64,000 nt of DNA from Microthyrium microscopicum (taxonomy: Eukaryota), in NCBI GenBank assembly GCA_010405405.1, contig MU004238.1:1437530-1501529 (forward strand), given 5' to 3'. The notes below the pieces were generated by a model. The model was not told the DNA's origin and searched no databases. It saw only the letters and a program-made list of their open reading frames with translations. Of the stretch, positions 49,587 to 62,931 are shown in pieces. Made by a program: the position numbers and the translations under genes. Each line of letters begins with the position of its first letter. Within the stretch, counting starts at the first letter, position 1.

Positions 49587-52500
49587 TTAGCGTCTCTCCA
49601 CAAGCAAGAAATGCATTGCTGCGTAGGCGAGGAGAATGAAGCTGGCGCAAAAGATACCAAGACTGGTCGCGTCGATGGCTTTGTTATTGTTGTTGAAACC
49701 AAAAGAGCTGAGGATAGCGGCGCCAGGAACTTCAATGTCAAGACCGTATTTATGGTCAATGAGTCGAAGTGGGCTGACTTCGTTGACGATAAGACCTTCG
49801 AAGCCGTAGTGGAAGATTGAAAGCTGAAATGAGATTAGTATGCGAAATGACAGTATATTTGACTTTGACTTACGTGCTGTAGCCATAAGGCTGCCTTTGG
49901 GATGGTATCATGATTGAGTAGGAACCCAGAGAACAGCAAGGAGAACAGCATGACCAGACTGCCAATGAGGTTTGCAACTGCGCCGTTGCTGAAGATGATG
50001 CCAATAAACAGGCAGATGGCAGCTGCTGCAAGGTTGAAGAGAACCAGGAAGAGAATAAAATAGGAAAATTGAGGCCAACTGGGAATAAGGCCAGTCATAG
50101 GATAAACGATTGCACCCATGATTAGTGGTGGCATGAGTCGAAGAGGTATAATGTCAAAGATAACCTTGGCGGCGAAATAGGACACGGGTGAGTAGTATCC
50201 CTTGGCTCTTTCTCTCATGAACAAAAGTCTTTCGTTTGCAAACACCGTCAACGAGGTTAGCGTACTGAACCCGAAAAGCGCAAGCAGGAAGAAGAACAGT
50301 CCAAGTCGGTTCTGGAAACCTTTGATGTCGTCTGTAAGGTTGAAGAAGAGGAACCCTAGGAAAACGGCGAGAACGATAGCGATAGCGTAATGGGTAAGCA
50401 TGAGCATAGGATTCCGGTATAAGTTGCGCCACGTTCTTACGGATAAGATACGGAATTGGCCAAGCAAGCCAAGTCTGGTGAAGCCCTTGACTTTGGAGTT
50501 GTTACCATTAGTAACAATGTCTGGGTTTGGATTGCCATTGGCAGTATTTGCCGATGTGATGGCGTTTTCCATATCTTCCAGTATAGTGGAGGAGACCTGA
50601 GAGCCACGATACTTGGCTATCAAGATGTCGAGATCTGTGCCTGTGGTATCATCGGCTAATGGTGGAGTAGCATCTGGGTCGTCAAGATTGAAACCTGGAG
50701 GAGCTCCACGTTGAGTCTGCAGGCGAAGCCATTGTTGGTGATCATCCGGAAGAGAAACTTCGTCATCAGTTCGAGATGCAGTTGATGCTGGTACTCCCGA
50801 GTTCTTCCTTCGAGAGAACAACTGTCTTTCTTGTTGTTGTCGTACCGAAAGTTTCCGTTTAGTACTAGGTCGCAAAAGCGGTTCTCGATCTGCTGGGCTG
50901 CCAATCGAATCACCGTCTATGTTAGAGGCACTGCGTATAGATTTCACAGCCATGGTACTGCTCGCTCTTGTCATGTGCTCTGCAGGATTGTAAAGCGACC
51001 CTGAATCCTCTATCGGATCTCTAGGTGTTCCAGCATGCATAGTTAAATCGACCAGATAATCGGCAATGTTGAAGCCAGGTGGACATGAGAAGCCGATACT
51101 ATCGAAATATTGTTGACAGCTGGAAAATGGACCGGAATAAACAACATGGCCTTGAGCTAGAAGCACAAGTTGGTCAAATAAGGCGACAATGTTTGATCTT
51201 GGCTGATGGATTGTCATGACCACTGTCCGGTTGTAATTCTTGACGAGGTTTACGAGACATTCAACCACATTGAATGCGTTGTAAGAATCTAGTCCACTGG
51301 TGGGTTCGTCGAGGAAGAGAATGCTAGGGCTTGTGACAAGCTCGCAGGCAATACCAACACGACGTTTTTCGCCGCCAGATATGCCCCGGCCACTACCTTC
51401 CTCGGAGCCTATGAGTTGGTGACGAATATGATGAATGCCAAGTTGTCTCTCCACGTCGTCAACACGTTGCATCTTGGCTGATATTCCCATATCCTTTGGC
51501 AGCCGAAGCATAGCACTATCGACGATCGTTTCGTGAACAGTCAATGTTGGGAGCAGAGTGTCGTCCTGATCGACAAATCCAATAACTTTGCGAAAGTCGT
51601 CGTCTGCGATCGTCTCTCCGTTAATGAAGAACTCTCCGTACGTAGTGCCTCGCTTGTTTTTCCTGGCCAATACATCAAGGAAGGTCGTCTTGCCCGCTCC
51701 TGATGCTCCCATGATGGCCATAAGCTCTCCAGGATGTACGACACCTTGAATATCATGAATAATTTCTTTTCCTTTTAAATTATAGGCAACGTCTCGGAAG
51801 GCCAGAGATGCGGGTTTATGATCCAGCATGAGTTTTCCAGCTTCATCGTCGTCCTCGTCTGGAAGATGAATAGGTCCCCAGGATTGTCGTCTTGAGAAGT
51901 AGTAAACCAGAAGGACTACTGCCACGATGAACAAGGCGCATCCAGCAATAATTCCTGCTATCAATGGAGTGTTGATTGTCTTGACTGGCCTCTCATGGCC
52001 TGGCACTTCTGACTCATGAATGCATTCCCCAGCATTGCACTGCAGGAATATCTTCTTGTCGCCGAAAACGGATGAGATAAGATCATTCATTGCGGGTTCG
52101 GAGAACTCGCTGCCATCATCGCTCGCGCCTCCTTCAGACATTATGGTGGTGAAACTGGCAGGTCCCTTGATCTCTTCCTCTAGAAAGTCTCCGAGATCAA
52201 TGCTTCCATTTTCACCGCATAACATCCTGCCCGGGACACATCGACAGTTTATTTTTTCGCATTCATAAGAAGTTTTGTTGCTATAATCGTCCAGGAGTTC
52301 GACACCAGCTGTACAGTTGGTCAGTCCACAATAAAAAGATTCCCTTTGGTCGACCCAGAATTGAAAGTTGCAGGTTTCGTCCATAGCATCACAAGAAAAT
52401 GTGACCTGGGGCTTCTGGCCTTTGAGCTGGTCCAAGATCTGCTTGTTCGTGACATCGCATTGCTGGTAGTTTTGACGTACTACCATACCACCAGTATAAC

Positions 52501-52915
52501 ACAAGCCGCCTTCGCCACCAGGAACGAGCGCATTGCAGACGTTGTTGGATGTGCACATGTTGCAATTAATACCATCCCATCCATCATCGCAGTCGCAACT
52601 ATCGCCCTTCCTCGGAGGTCTGTCTTTCCCACCGGCTAGGGAGCCGCAAAGAGGATCTGTGCAATCCTCGCCTCCCCAACCAGCAGGGCAGGAGCACCGT
52701 CCAGTGGCGGCGGTACAGTTTGCAAATTGATGGCATCTGAAGTCGGCAAGATTGCAGTTGAAGCATGGTGGGCAATCGTCCGGCCGTTCGGCGAATATGG
52801 AAAGGGCTGGATCGAAGCCGGACGATTGATAGACGTTATGAGACTGGTAGGCATCGGCGATAGCAGCAGAAGCTATCACGATAGCTGCTGAGAGCAGCGC
52901 TTTGGCGTTCCGCAT
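49587..52915 (-). CDS. ADP1: ABCG half-transporter with EGF-like luminal domain
   Basis: Signal peptide from MRNAKALL, Cys-rich CPPCFNC, Walker [10 protein letters not shown], signature [19 protein letters not shown], and a C-terminal TM domain. Intron 49873-49824. Confidence 0.95.
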
Positions 52916-53204
52916 GGTGAGAGGGATAGAACGAATGCAAAGCGGTCTCAGCACATGGTGAGAAGAGACAAGAGAATGAACAGAAGGAACAAGAAGGAAA
53001 ACGTGCTCTTCAAGTGCTTGTGTCGTGGTGGTGTTTGGAGCTCTTGAAGCATGGGAAGCATGGGAGGCCTGGATGTAGGCTTCGTGGCCAATCACAGACT
53101 ACACGTTCGCATCATCACTACCCGTCGACCAGACGGAAGCTACAGCGTCAGTGCTCAATGCCAAGACGCTAAGACAAATCTGATCTGTAAATCTACATTT
53201 CCAG

Positions 53205-54941
53205 ATGCGATTTTTGGAGGATGCAAGGAAACATCGTCGACCGAGACTGAACAATTTTTCCACTCGAATTGCGCCGAAGACACTCTACACCAACAGATCC
53301 TATCCACTGGCGCCGCTTTCTCGAGTCTTGGGCCCTCTGGCCCGTCGTGGCCTCCAAACTATTGCAGTCATGGAAGTTCAACCCGCGAGACCTGTCGCAA
53401 AAATATTCCCACAGTCTGTTGTCAGTGAAAACTCGGAAGAACAGAAAGAGCTCGCAGTCAAAAAGGCCAGGAGCATAGCGAGATCCAAAGGCGAGATACC
53501 TGATGACGATGAAGTTCTCGTAACTCCTGTCAATGATCCATGGCCACGGCCTTACTACCTCGAGCATGGGCTGCGACGGGTGCGACCTTATTTCTTCACA
53601 TATAATACATACTGCAAAGGGCGATGGAGAGATAGGCCATTGCTGGAAATATTTGCAAGTGAGTTCAGGGATCGCTCCATCGACTATTATGTACGTAGTC
53701 AAATAAAATCTTTGCTCTTGAAGATGGCTTCCATGAATCTAACCAAAGGTGTAACATTGTAGAAAAGTGCCATTGAGAGCGGAAACATCACAATCAACGG
53801 AAAGCAAGTTGCGCCTAAAGATCTCGTACGAAATGGCGATGTTGTTACTCATACCATCCATCGTCACGAACCACCTGTAACCCCAAAAGCCATTGGGATA
53901 GTTCACGAAGACGAAGACCTTATGATAATCGACAAGCCCGCCGGAGTCCCGGTTCATCCAGCTGGCAGATACAACTTCAATTCACTTATTGAGATTCTAC
54001 GCGCTCAAAGAGGCTACCAATTCAATCCACTTCCCTGCCACAGACTGGACCGATTGACCAGCGGTATCATGTTTATTGGCAAACATGGCAAAGCTGCAGA
54101 GAAAATGGGCAATCAACTGAAGGACAGAACTATCAAGAAGGAATACGTCGCCCGAGTAGTTGGCGAATTTCCAGAAGGCGACATAATATGTGAAAAGCCT
54201 GTCCTCCAAATCAGCCCAAAATTAGGCCTCAATGCCGTTCGAGCAAATGGAAAGGAAGCACGCACAGTGTTCAAGCGCCTGGCATACTATCCTCCAAAAG
54301 AAGACCAAAAGGAAGTTTCCAATACCAACGGCGCAACATCCGACGACCCAGAGTCATTACTTCAACACGCCGATGGCACCCCCTGGAAACGCTTCAAAGG
54401 CTACTCCATAGTCCGCTGCATGCCCCTGACAGGTCGCACCCACCAAATCCGCGTACATCTACAATTTCTCGGCCACCCTATAGCCAACGATCCTATCTAC
54501 AGCAACCAGCGTGTCTTTGGACCTGCTCTCGGTCGTGGAACTGAGGACAGCCAGGATGACGAAACTATCATGCAGCGTCTTGAGCGCATGGGCAAAGATG
54601 AAGTGGCTGATGCCGTCGCCTATCATGACGAGATGGTCGATAAGTACCATGAACGGCGCGCAGAGAAGATGACGGGTGAGACGTGTGACCTGTGCGATAC
54701 GCCGCTATACAGTGATCCGGGTCCACATGAGCTGGGGATCTATCTGCATGCGAAGCGGTATGCGTGCGATGAGGATAGTTGGTCGTATGAGACTCAGCTA
54801 CCGGACTGGGCGCTACCACCAGATGGGTACGACGGGCCGGTCGAATGTACGCCGGACACAGATCCGATGGCGGTGGATCTAGCGAAGCTAAGTCTGGAGA
54901 AGTCGGAAGAAGTAGCAGAGCCTGTGGCACCAAAAGCATAG
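53205..54941 (+). CDS. RluA-family pseudouridine synthase (Rib2/Pus9-like)
   Basis: VRPYFFTYNTYCKGRW, HRHEPPV, DKPAGVPVHP, HRLDRLTSG, PLTGRTHQIRVHL, GHPIANDPIY. Intron 53691-53762. No deaminase domain is evident. Confidence 0.92.
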
Positions 54942-55005
54942 GGAGTTTATATGAAGCTTTTAGACTCCAGAGCTAACCACTGTTACAAACTATCGACTCA
55001 CAGAC

Positions 55006-56236
55006 TCATTTCACCGTGACAGGAGCACCATTCTGTTCGCCAGATTTGAACATAGCCTCCAGTAAAATCAAATCTTTGAGAGCTTCATCTGCCGTTTGTC
55101 GCGCATCGAGCTTGCTCGCTTTTAGTCCTGCCGCCCACTCCTTGATTTCAGCCGCTACACCGCTAACGCGATCAAATTTCTTCTCCTCAGCAGCAGTAGA
55201 CCCGGGCTTTCGAAACTTGCAGGAGGCGCCCTCTACGACAATGGAACCCTTCTCAAAGGCAAGTTGGTAAGTGTTTTCCCGTGGGAAGGTGGTGCCAAAG
55301 GAGACGGAAAATGTCCCTGATACACCAGCCTTGGTCTTCAACGTGGCATTGAGTGTGTCGATAGGTGGAAGGTGTTCTTGAAGCTGCGCTGTGAACGCAG
55401 AAGCTGTCGCAACCGTGTTATCCTTCTCGCCCAAAAGAAAGCGGGTGGCAGCAACATAATGAACACCACCATCTAGCAAGAATCCTCCCTGATAACCCGG
55501 GTGCTTGCGCCAAGGTGTGTCTTCAACACAGTCAGCAATCTATGAAGTCCGCGAGCCGATCGAACGTACTAAAGTATTTGCCATCATCGCCTGTGAAGCT
55601 ATGGACTCTCACCTGAAACTGAAGTAATCGTCCCAGACTTTTAGCCAGATCCGCAGCGTAGATGAACTCGGGCCAGAAGCGACCATTCTCTGCCACTCCC
55701 CAGGTGACTTTGCTCGAATCGATCTCTTTTCCATACCAGTCGACGAGCTCCTGGGCTTCCTTGACGTCTTTCGCAATGGGTTTCTCCGAGAGCACATGTT
55801 TCCCAGCTTTTAATGCCTTTCGAATGATCTCGGGCTGTACCAAAATTGGCAAGCTAACCTGTCAGTCAGCTTCTTTGACAGACAGTAAAAGGGGTAAGAA
55901 ACTTACGCGATGACAACTCCATGCACATCACTGCGAGCTAAAAGATCATCAAGCCTCTTTCCGGCCCCAGAATCGTCGCTATACAGATCAACGTCGTCAC
56001 CAGCTTCCAGTGACTTTGCCGACTTGAGGCTTCGAGAGTAAATTGCAACGAGCTTTAGATCTGAGCCGGCTTTGATGGCTGGCTATTCCGGTTTTAGAAT
56101 CAACACATTCTTTTCGAAACTAATGTTCGTACCAGGTGCTCTTCTTTGGCGAAGATTCCTGGGGATGTCAGCCTCAATCATCGGGTCTCGTAAAATTACA
56201 CTTACCTCCTCCTAGGATTGCAATGCCGAACGTCAT
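55006..56236 (-). CDS. Gfo/Idh/MocA family NAD(P)-dependent oxidoreductase
   Basis: MTFGIAILGG-GIFAKEEH, AIYSRSLKSA, ALKAGKHVLSEKP, WRKHPGYQGGFLLDGGVHY. About four introns. Confidence 0.92.
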
Positions 56237-56717
56237 TTTCGAAAATAATCGATAATGTGTCAAATATACCCTCTGAGTACCAAGTTCTACTGATAAATGC
56301 AACAGGTAAATCTTTCAGATAGAATTTATGCAAAATGTCGCCATCACTTTGCGGCCCCGCTGAGGGGGCAATGGCTACCTCGTTCGCTCACGAACTTGAT
56401 CCACTGAAAGCTTCTTGCAAAGTCGACCATTCCAACGGCTAGAGGCGGTGTATCTGTTGAGCTTCCTGATATATCGCCCGAATTATATCGCACTGAACAT
56501 TAGCGTTGCTGGTTACTGGATGGGTCAACAGCCAGCAATAAGAGGTTGACGAGAAGTCTCTGTCTATTTTCTTTGCAATTGCTTCTTGGAACATTTCGAA
56601 AGGCACATACTCCTGGAAATATCAAAGTCATGATGGGTAGCCATCGCGGGCTTATTTTCCCATGACTCCTGTCACCTTCTGGACAGGACAACGCGATCTT
56701 CTCGGGATATATTCACA

Positions 56718-58289
56718 ATGCATCGCCTATTCTCAATCACGGAGATGGTTACCGCCATTCTTACGGTCGACAGTTCTAGGAACGACTTACTCCAAAGCTG
56801 TCTCCAAGTCAATCGTTTGTTCTCTCACGAAGCCGTCCGGATCTTGTGGCGCAGATGTGGAGCCGGATTTCCTGTTACTCATTCAGGCAGAGATCCTACG
56901 GCCCTTGATCTGGCTAAAATCGCTGCCTACGATATGTTACGTGCTCAGTACTATGCCGACTGTATTTACGAGCTTCGATTCGCTCCCAATGAAGAGGTCC
57001 GGTCATGGCAAGAAGAAGTACGATTCTACAAATTCTTAACGAACCTGCGATTCCCTGCTCTCAAATCTTTTGCGATCGAAACCTGCGATGTTTCTTATCT
57101 AGAACCGAGAAACGAACTGAATCACTTTCTTCTCCAATGGCTTGAGCTGTCCTGGGATGTGGAAGATAGCCCGAACCTGAAGGCTTTTCACATGGTTTTA
57201 AAGGAAACATTTCCTTCAGATGGCATAGAAAACTCTGTGTGGTTCGTCAAATTTGCCCCAATCTTGTCGTCACTTTCTGTTGAGCTTTTGAATGACCACT
57301 GGTCGCTAGCCTTGCTGAAAGCCTTAGCTGCTCTTCCTGCATTACGCAAGCTTCAGGGCGGGAAATTGAGCTCAGAGCTGCTGAGTGATTTGTCCAAGGG
57401 ATTTCCAGTTCTAGAAGATCTGGCTACAACATACTCAGGCTCATTCGAAAGCCTAACGTCATTGTTCCCACAGGTTTCAGTGTTAACGCTAGAACTTTCG
57501 GACCCCATTCACACAGGGCTGGAAAAGCTGGGTGGTCTTTCAGTTCTGACATCCATGTACGATGATTGCTTACCCAACTCCCTGATTCATGCAAGAGCCG
57601 AGTGTAGTGGAGAGAAAAGGAGGTAGGCACAATGCGGTCGCATTGTCGGTCAATCTTCTTCTTCAATCCATCGGCTCTTCAATACCGTATTAAAGCAGGT
57701 GCTAACTGACAGTAGAGATCTCACATATGCTATGCGTGGTATCATCTCAGGACCAGAATTACTTGCATTGGCCCACGGATGCCCCCATATCAGAACCGTC
57801 AACCTACCTTCAGCTGGTATGCTCATGGCAGATGAGCCTTGCCCTCAGGGCCAATGTATCGATGATACAACAATAGACGAATTCGCACGCGCTTTGCCAA
57901 AGATTGAGACATTCTCTTTTGGGCTTGAAAATCGCTCCGCACTTACTCATCAGTCCGTCATTTCGCTCGCACGTCATTGTCCAGAGTTGGGCTTCTTCCA
58001 TATCACGGCCAACATCTGCATACCTGATTTAATTCAAGGTTTAGAAGAAGTTTCAGAGAAAATTTCGGCTGCACCATTGCCATCCGTCACATTCATGGGC
58101 TTCTATCTGATTGACGACAATCCGCACTTATATGGCGACATAGCCTCACTTGCCCGCCGATTATGCAGACTAGCGCCTATTCTTTGCGAGTTGTCAATCA
58201 CGGATGGAAGTGAAAATGATGATGAATTCAGGGTGGAGGTTGAGGCGATAGCCGGCCCATGGAATCAACGTGATGATACTCAGGATTGA
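56718..58289 (+). CDS. F-box-like / RNI-like leucine-rich repeat protein
   Basis: N-terminus MHRLFSITEMVTAIL...CLQVNRLFSHEAVRILW resembles a divergent F-box. LRR-like units (LPALRKL, FPVLEDL, GCPHIRTV, HCPELGFF). Intron 57557-57715 joins the two ORFs in frame. Confidence 0.7.
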
Positions 58290-59207
58290 GATACCAAGCG
58301 GAAAGCGAAGTTCGAAGCACATAGAATGCAAGAGAACGGAAGTCGATGGGAAAAGAAATATATAGACTATTGATTGTGGGGTGGTTGGGCACAAATACTC
58401 CCATGGTTCTGTGCATGGTAGAGCTGATAACCTCACAAGCACAATAATGGAACACACGAGGTCACTGTTCACTGGAAGAGCAGTCAGTGAATGGGGCTCG
58501 TCAAGACCACAATCAGTCTAAAAACAGGCTCCTGGACTTACCACAACAATGACGACAACGACTTCAGTCGATCTCAGAGCATTCAGCTGCGAATTGATTG
58601 AAAGAAGCATTAGTCTCAGATATTGAAGAGAGAGAACATCATTTCTCATTCAAAGATCATAGGAATCACAAGTCATTCAGTTTCCCGATTAGATTTCACA
58701 TCACAGCAAGCACAATATCAAGCACGGAACAGACGGCATCTCCGTAGGCGCGAGCAGTCTTGATCAACTAGCAAACACCTGGAGAGACCTACTATAGAGA
58801 AAGGCTTATAGCTGGAGACATTATCAAAACCTTGGACGTGGCATAGCTCGTTGCTAAACCGACATCTCCTGATCATCATCCTTAGGTGTCAAGATGTAAT
58901 ACGATATCGTCAAAAGCTCGCGTGGCTAAAGAAGGCTTCAGACGATTTAGTTACTGGTTGTGCTAAATAGTATGAAAGCCTGGAAATCTGGGTGTCTATC
59001 TCCGTAAAAGCTCATGTGCCAAATCAATATTCTCGTAACTGCTATAAGCGGGTAAATAAAAGCGACGAGTGAGATCATATATGTAATGCTTCTCAAAGCT
59101 ATCTTTGCGACGATTAACGAATTTAAGCAAATCAAACTTTCTCCCAACTACCTGTCAAGATTTTTACAAACTATAGCATCTTGACGAGCCTTTATATCTC
59201 AGCCAAG

Positions 59208-59717
59208 ATGTCGAAAACTGGTGACGCTCCTGCTGGTAAACTCCTGAAATACACTTCTTATCTATTCAAGAACCCCAATATTTCCGAAAAGGAGTTTCAT
59301 GATCATTGGAGGAATCATCATGCTCGCTATCCCCTGGAGGCATTCAAAAAGCATGGTGTTGTGAGATATACCCAATACCACTGCACTGAAGCAACACGAA
59401 ACCTTCTCACACCAATGGTCGAAGGCAGGAAAAACAACCCAGCTGCTATCCTCAAAATGGAAATCCTACCGGTAGACGCAATCGTCCAGATTTGGTATGA
59501 TAGCCAGGAAACATGGCAAGCGGTAGCTAAAGAGCCAATCTTCGGCAACGCCATCTTCGAGGATGAAGCATACTTATTCGATTGCTCTCGCTGTTACGCC
59601 ACACTGGGATGGGAGGAGGATATGGTCGTAGACACCCAGATTGTTATGCCGGGAGATAGACTGTCCAGTTGTCAGTGTCAATGTCGGAAGTGCGATGCAG
59701 ATTGCCCGGCAAAGTGA
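59208..59717 (+). CDS. EthD-domain (dimeric alpha/beta barrel) protein
   Basis: KNPNISEKEFHDHWRNHH, VRYTQYH, DAIVQIWY, FEDEAYLFD. CAAG-ATG start at 59208. Confidence 0.85.
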   Translation: MSKTGDAPAGKLLKYTSYLFKNPNISEKEFHDHWRNHHARYPLEAFKKHGVVRYTQYHCTEATRNLLTPMVEGRKNNPAAILKMEILPVDAIVQIWYDSQETWQAVAKEPIFGNAIFEDEAYLFDCSRCYATLGWEEDMVVDTQIVMPGDRLSSCQCQCRKCDADCPAK

Positions 59718-59761
59718 CGGTCACAATAGTTCCTGAAAAATGATTTTGAATGCAGTTTTTA

Positions 59762-60705
<944 letters not shown>

Positions 60706-61650
60706 CTTGATGAGGTTTGTTCAGAATTTAGGTTAAGCGTAAGGCTTTGGTGTCAAGGTTTGTGGAATCTTTTGAAGTTGAGAGCTGTGAAGAGTGATGG
60801 AGGTTGAGAAGATCTTTGATACGAAGAGATAGCGGGGGAGGGGAGCTGTGATGCGGGATTTTTAGGATATAAAGGGGCCAAAATATGCGATAGGGGCTAC
60901 CATAAACTACCCAAATATGCGCTATTACTCTCAACAGTCCTCTAGGACTTCTAACTCCATAAACTGGTTTGTGAAACGTGCTGCAAGACACAGGATGAGG
61001 GGAGCCATCATCTTCCTTGAAGAACCTGGTGCTCGAAACTCAGAGGTTAGAACACGTCGTTTGATGAGTTTTCCTATTTACACAAGCCACGATCTTAACC
61101 TAAACTGATCAAGCAGATGCTTTAGCGTCCTTGAATGGACCTGGCATCAGAGGCGATGAAGGTTTCGCTGAAGAGGTTGCTGCTGTTTTTGGTACAAGGC
61201 TGAAGAATAGAAGTGGCATGTGGCAGAGAAAGGTACTCTAGTTCACTACATCACTGCAACTTTATGATTCCGCTGAATGAATTACAGCGCCGTGCCAGGA
61301 TCGTATACCATGCTGTGGTCATCATAGAGCTAACTTGAAGTGTGAAGAGTGATAGAAATGCTGGGACATGCTTTGTGGTGGCTCAACTAGGGGCGGTTAG
61401 GATTGAGGTAATTGGTGTATTTTGATACCAGCTGCTAAGGATGCCCATCATAACACAGTCGTTATGTGAGTTGATATATGCCTTACAAGGTATATTGTTG
61501 ATTTAACGATACCAGATTGAGGTGTCTTTCCGAACTTAGGAAAGTCGGTATATGATTTTCGGGACGTTGAAGTAAAAACCGCGGGACAATCTTATCTCCA
61601 ACAGAATCATTCAACCTATAGCAACCATCTTATGACATGTAATTGCAATC

Positions 61651-62336
61651 TCAAAGTAAATCATCTTTCTCCTTGTACGCAGGAGGAGCCTCCCACGAAG
61701 AATCTAGCCCACAAGAATGACGTGCGGATGAACGTTTAAACAATTTCTTGAACCCCTATCACCAGTACCCTTTGACATGTCTTGTTCTTGAGTTCCAGCA
61801 GACAATTCCGCAGCTGGGGACACTGCTTCCGGAAGACAGACCGAGGATGCTGCCAAAGCAGCTTTCTTTATCTCCTTCTCCTTCTCCTTCTCACGCTTCT
61901 CCGAAGCTTTCCGCTTTACGATCCACTCCCACAATGCCTGCTCAGCCATAAGCTTCACACTTGGACTGATTGTCTCCAGGCCACCATCCGAGCCTGAGTA
62001 TGTTGGTGTATATAGCACAGATAGTTATTCGCGTGTCAAATCCCTTAGGCCTGCTCCGGATATGTAAATGGACGAAAGCATCTCATGCAACCAGCGGGTG
62101 TGTGCTGGCACTAGACCGTAGCGCTTCATGGTAAGCACATTCATCATCCAGGATCGTACAGCCAGATAATCGCAACCAGTGATTGGTAAGGGCCTGGGCT
62201 TCTCGTCGTGAATCATGTAGTTGATATAGTCGAGGATGTCCTCACTTGTTGCATCTGGATTATGAGTAGCCCAGTCATCACAAAGAAACCGGTAATGATT
62301 GTACTGGATCCCAGTTGTGGGTGTATTGACGGTCAT
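61651..62336 (-). pseudogene. Hypothetical gene split by one in-frame TAA (pseudogene, sequence error or readthrough)
   Basis: ORFs 62336-62025 and 62018-61704 are in the same frame, separated by TAA CTA TCT. A possible intron (61768-61704) would give the terminus DSSWEAPPAYKEKDDLL*. Confidence 0.45.
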
Positions 62337-62931
62337 GGTGGGTGGTGTTTTAGTAGATCCCTTCGATACTAATGTGGTGCGAAATTAAGGTTGATGTGAC
62401 TGCTTTGCCGATAAGGGAACCGACTCTATCAGATATTAATGAATTTTAGGCTTTTTGACCAAGCAAGAGGTAGTTCAAGTTCTACTTATGGCGGGCATCA
62501 AGTTAAGAGGCCAATGACTGCTCTTTATGATTGGAGGCTGTGCAATAAATAATAAGACAGACTGCAGGTTGATTTGGCTGCCGGTTTATGAATGAGCCAA
62601 AACTTGTGCTCAGCCTTATTCAGTGACTTGCTCAGCCTGCATGGCCCTCGAAAGAAACCTATGTCCACTAATCGATGGGGAAAGAATACAGACAGTCACT
62701 CGCTCAACGTTGGCCCCCAATATCTCTTGGTTTGCTTGAACCAGCAACAATGGCCCACGAATTTGTGAGCTTTGATGACTACTCAGATATAACTCTAAAA
62801 CAACGACGAGAATGGAGATCTACGGTGCTGCCAAGAGAAAGCTGCAATTGAGTCGTCCTGTGATGCCATGAAATGCACTATTCTCCATCAATTATTCTCT
62901 ATAACAAATACTCTAACCGCCATCAGAGCTG

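Noticed and set aside
52916..53095. 60-aa N-terminal extension of ADP1 in the ORF track
   Set aside because: It starts at a non-ATG codon, and the signal peptide begins at the ATG at 52915.
55006..59717. Secondary-metabolite cluster (oxidoreductase, EthD)
   Set aside because: There is no backbone synthase, cluster regulator or dedicated transporter, and the flanks are housekeeping genes.
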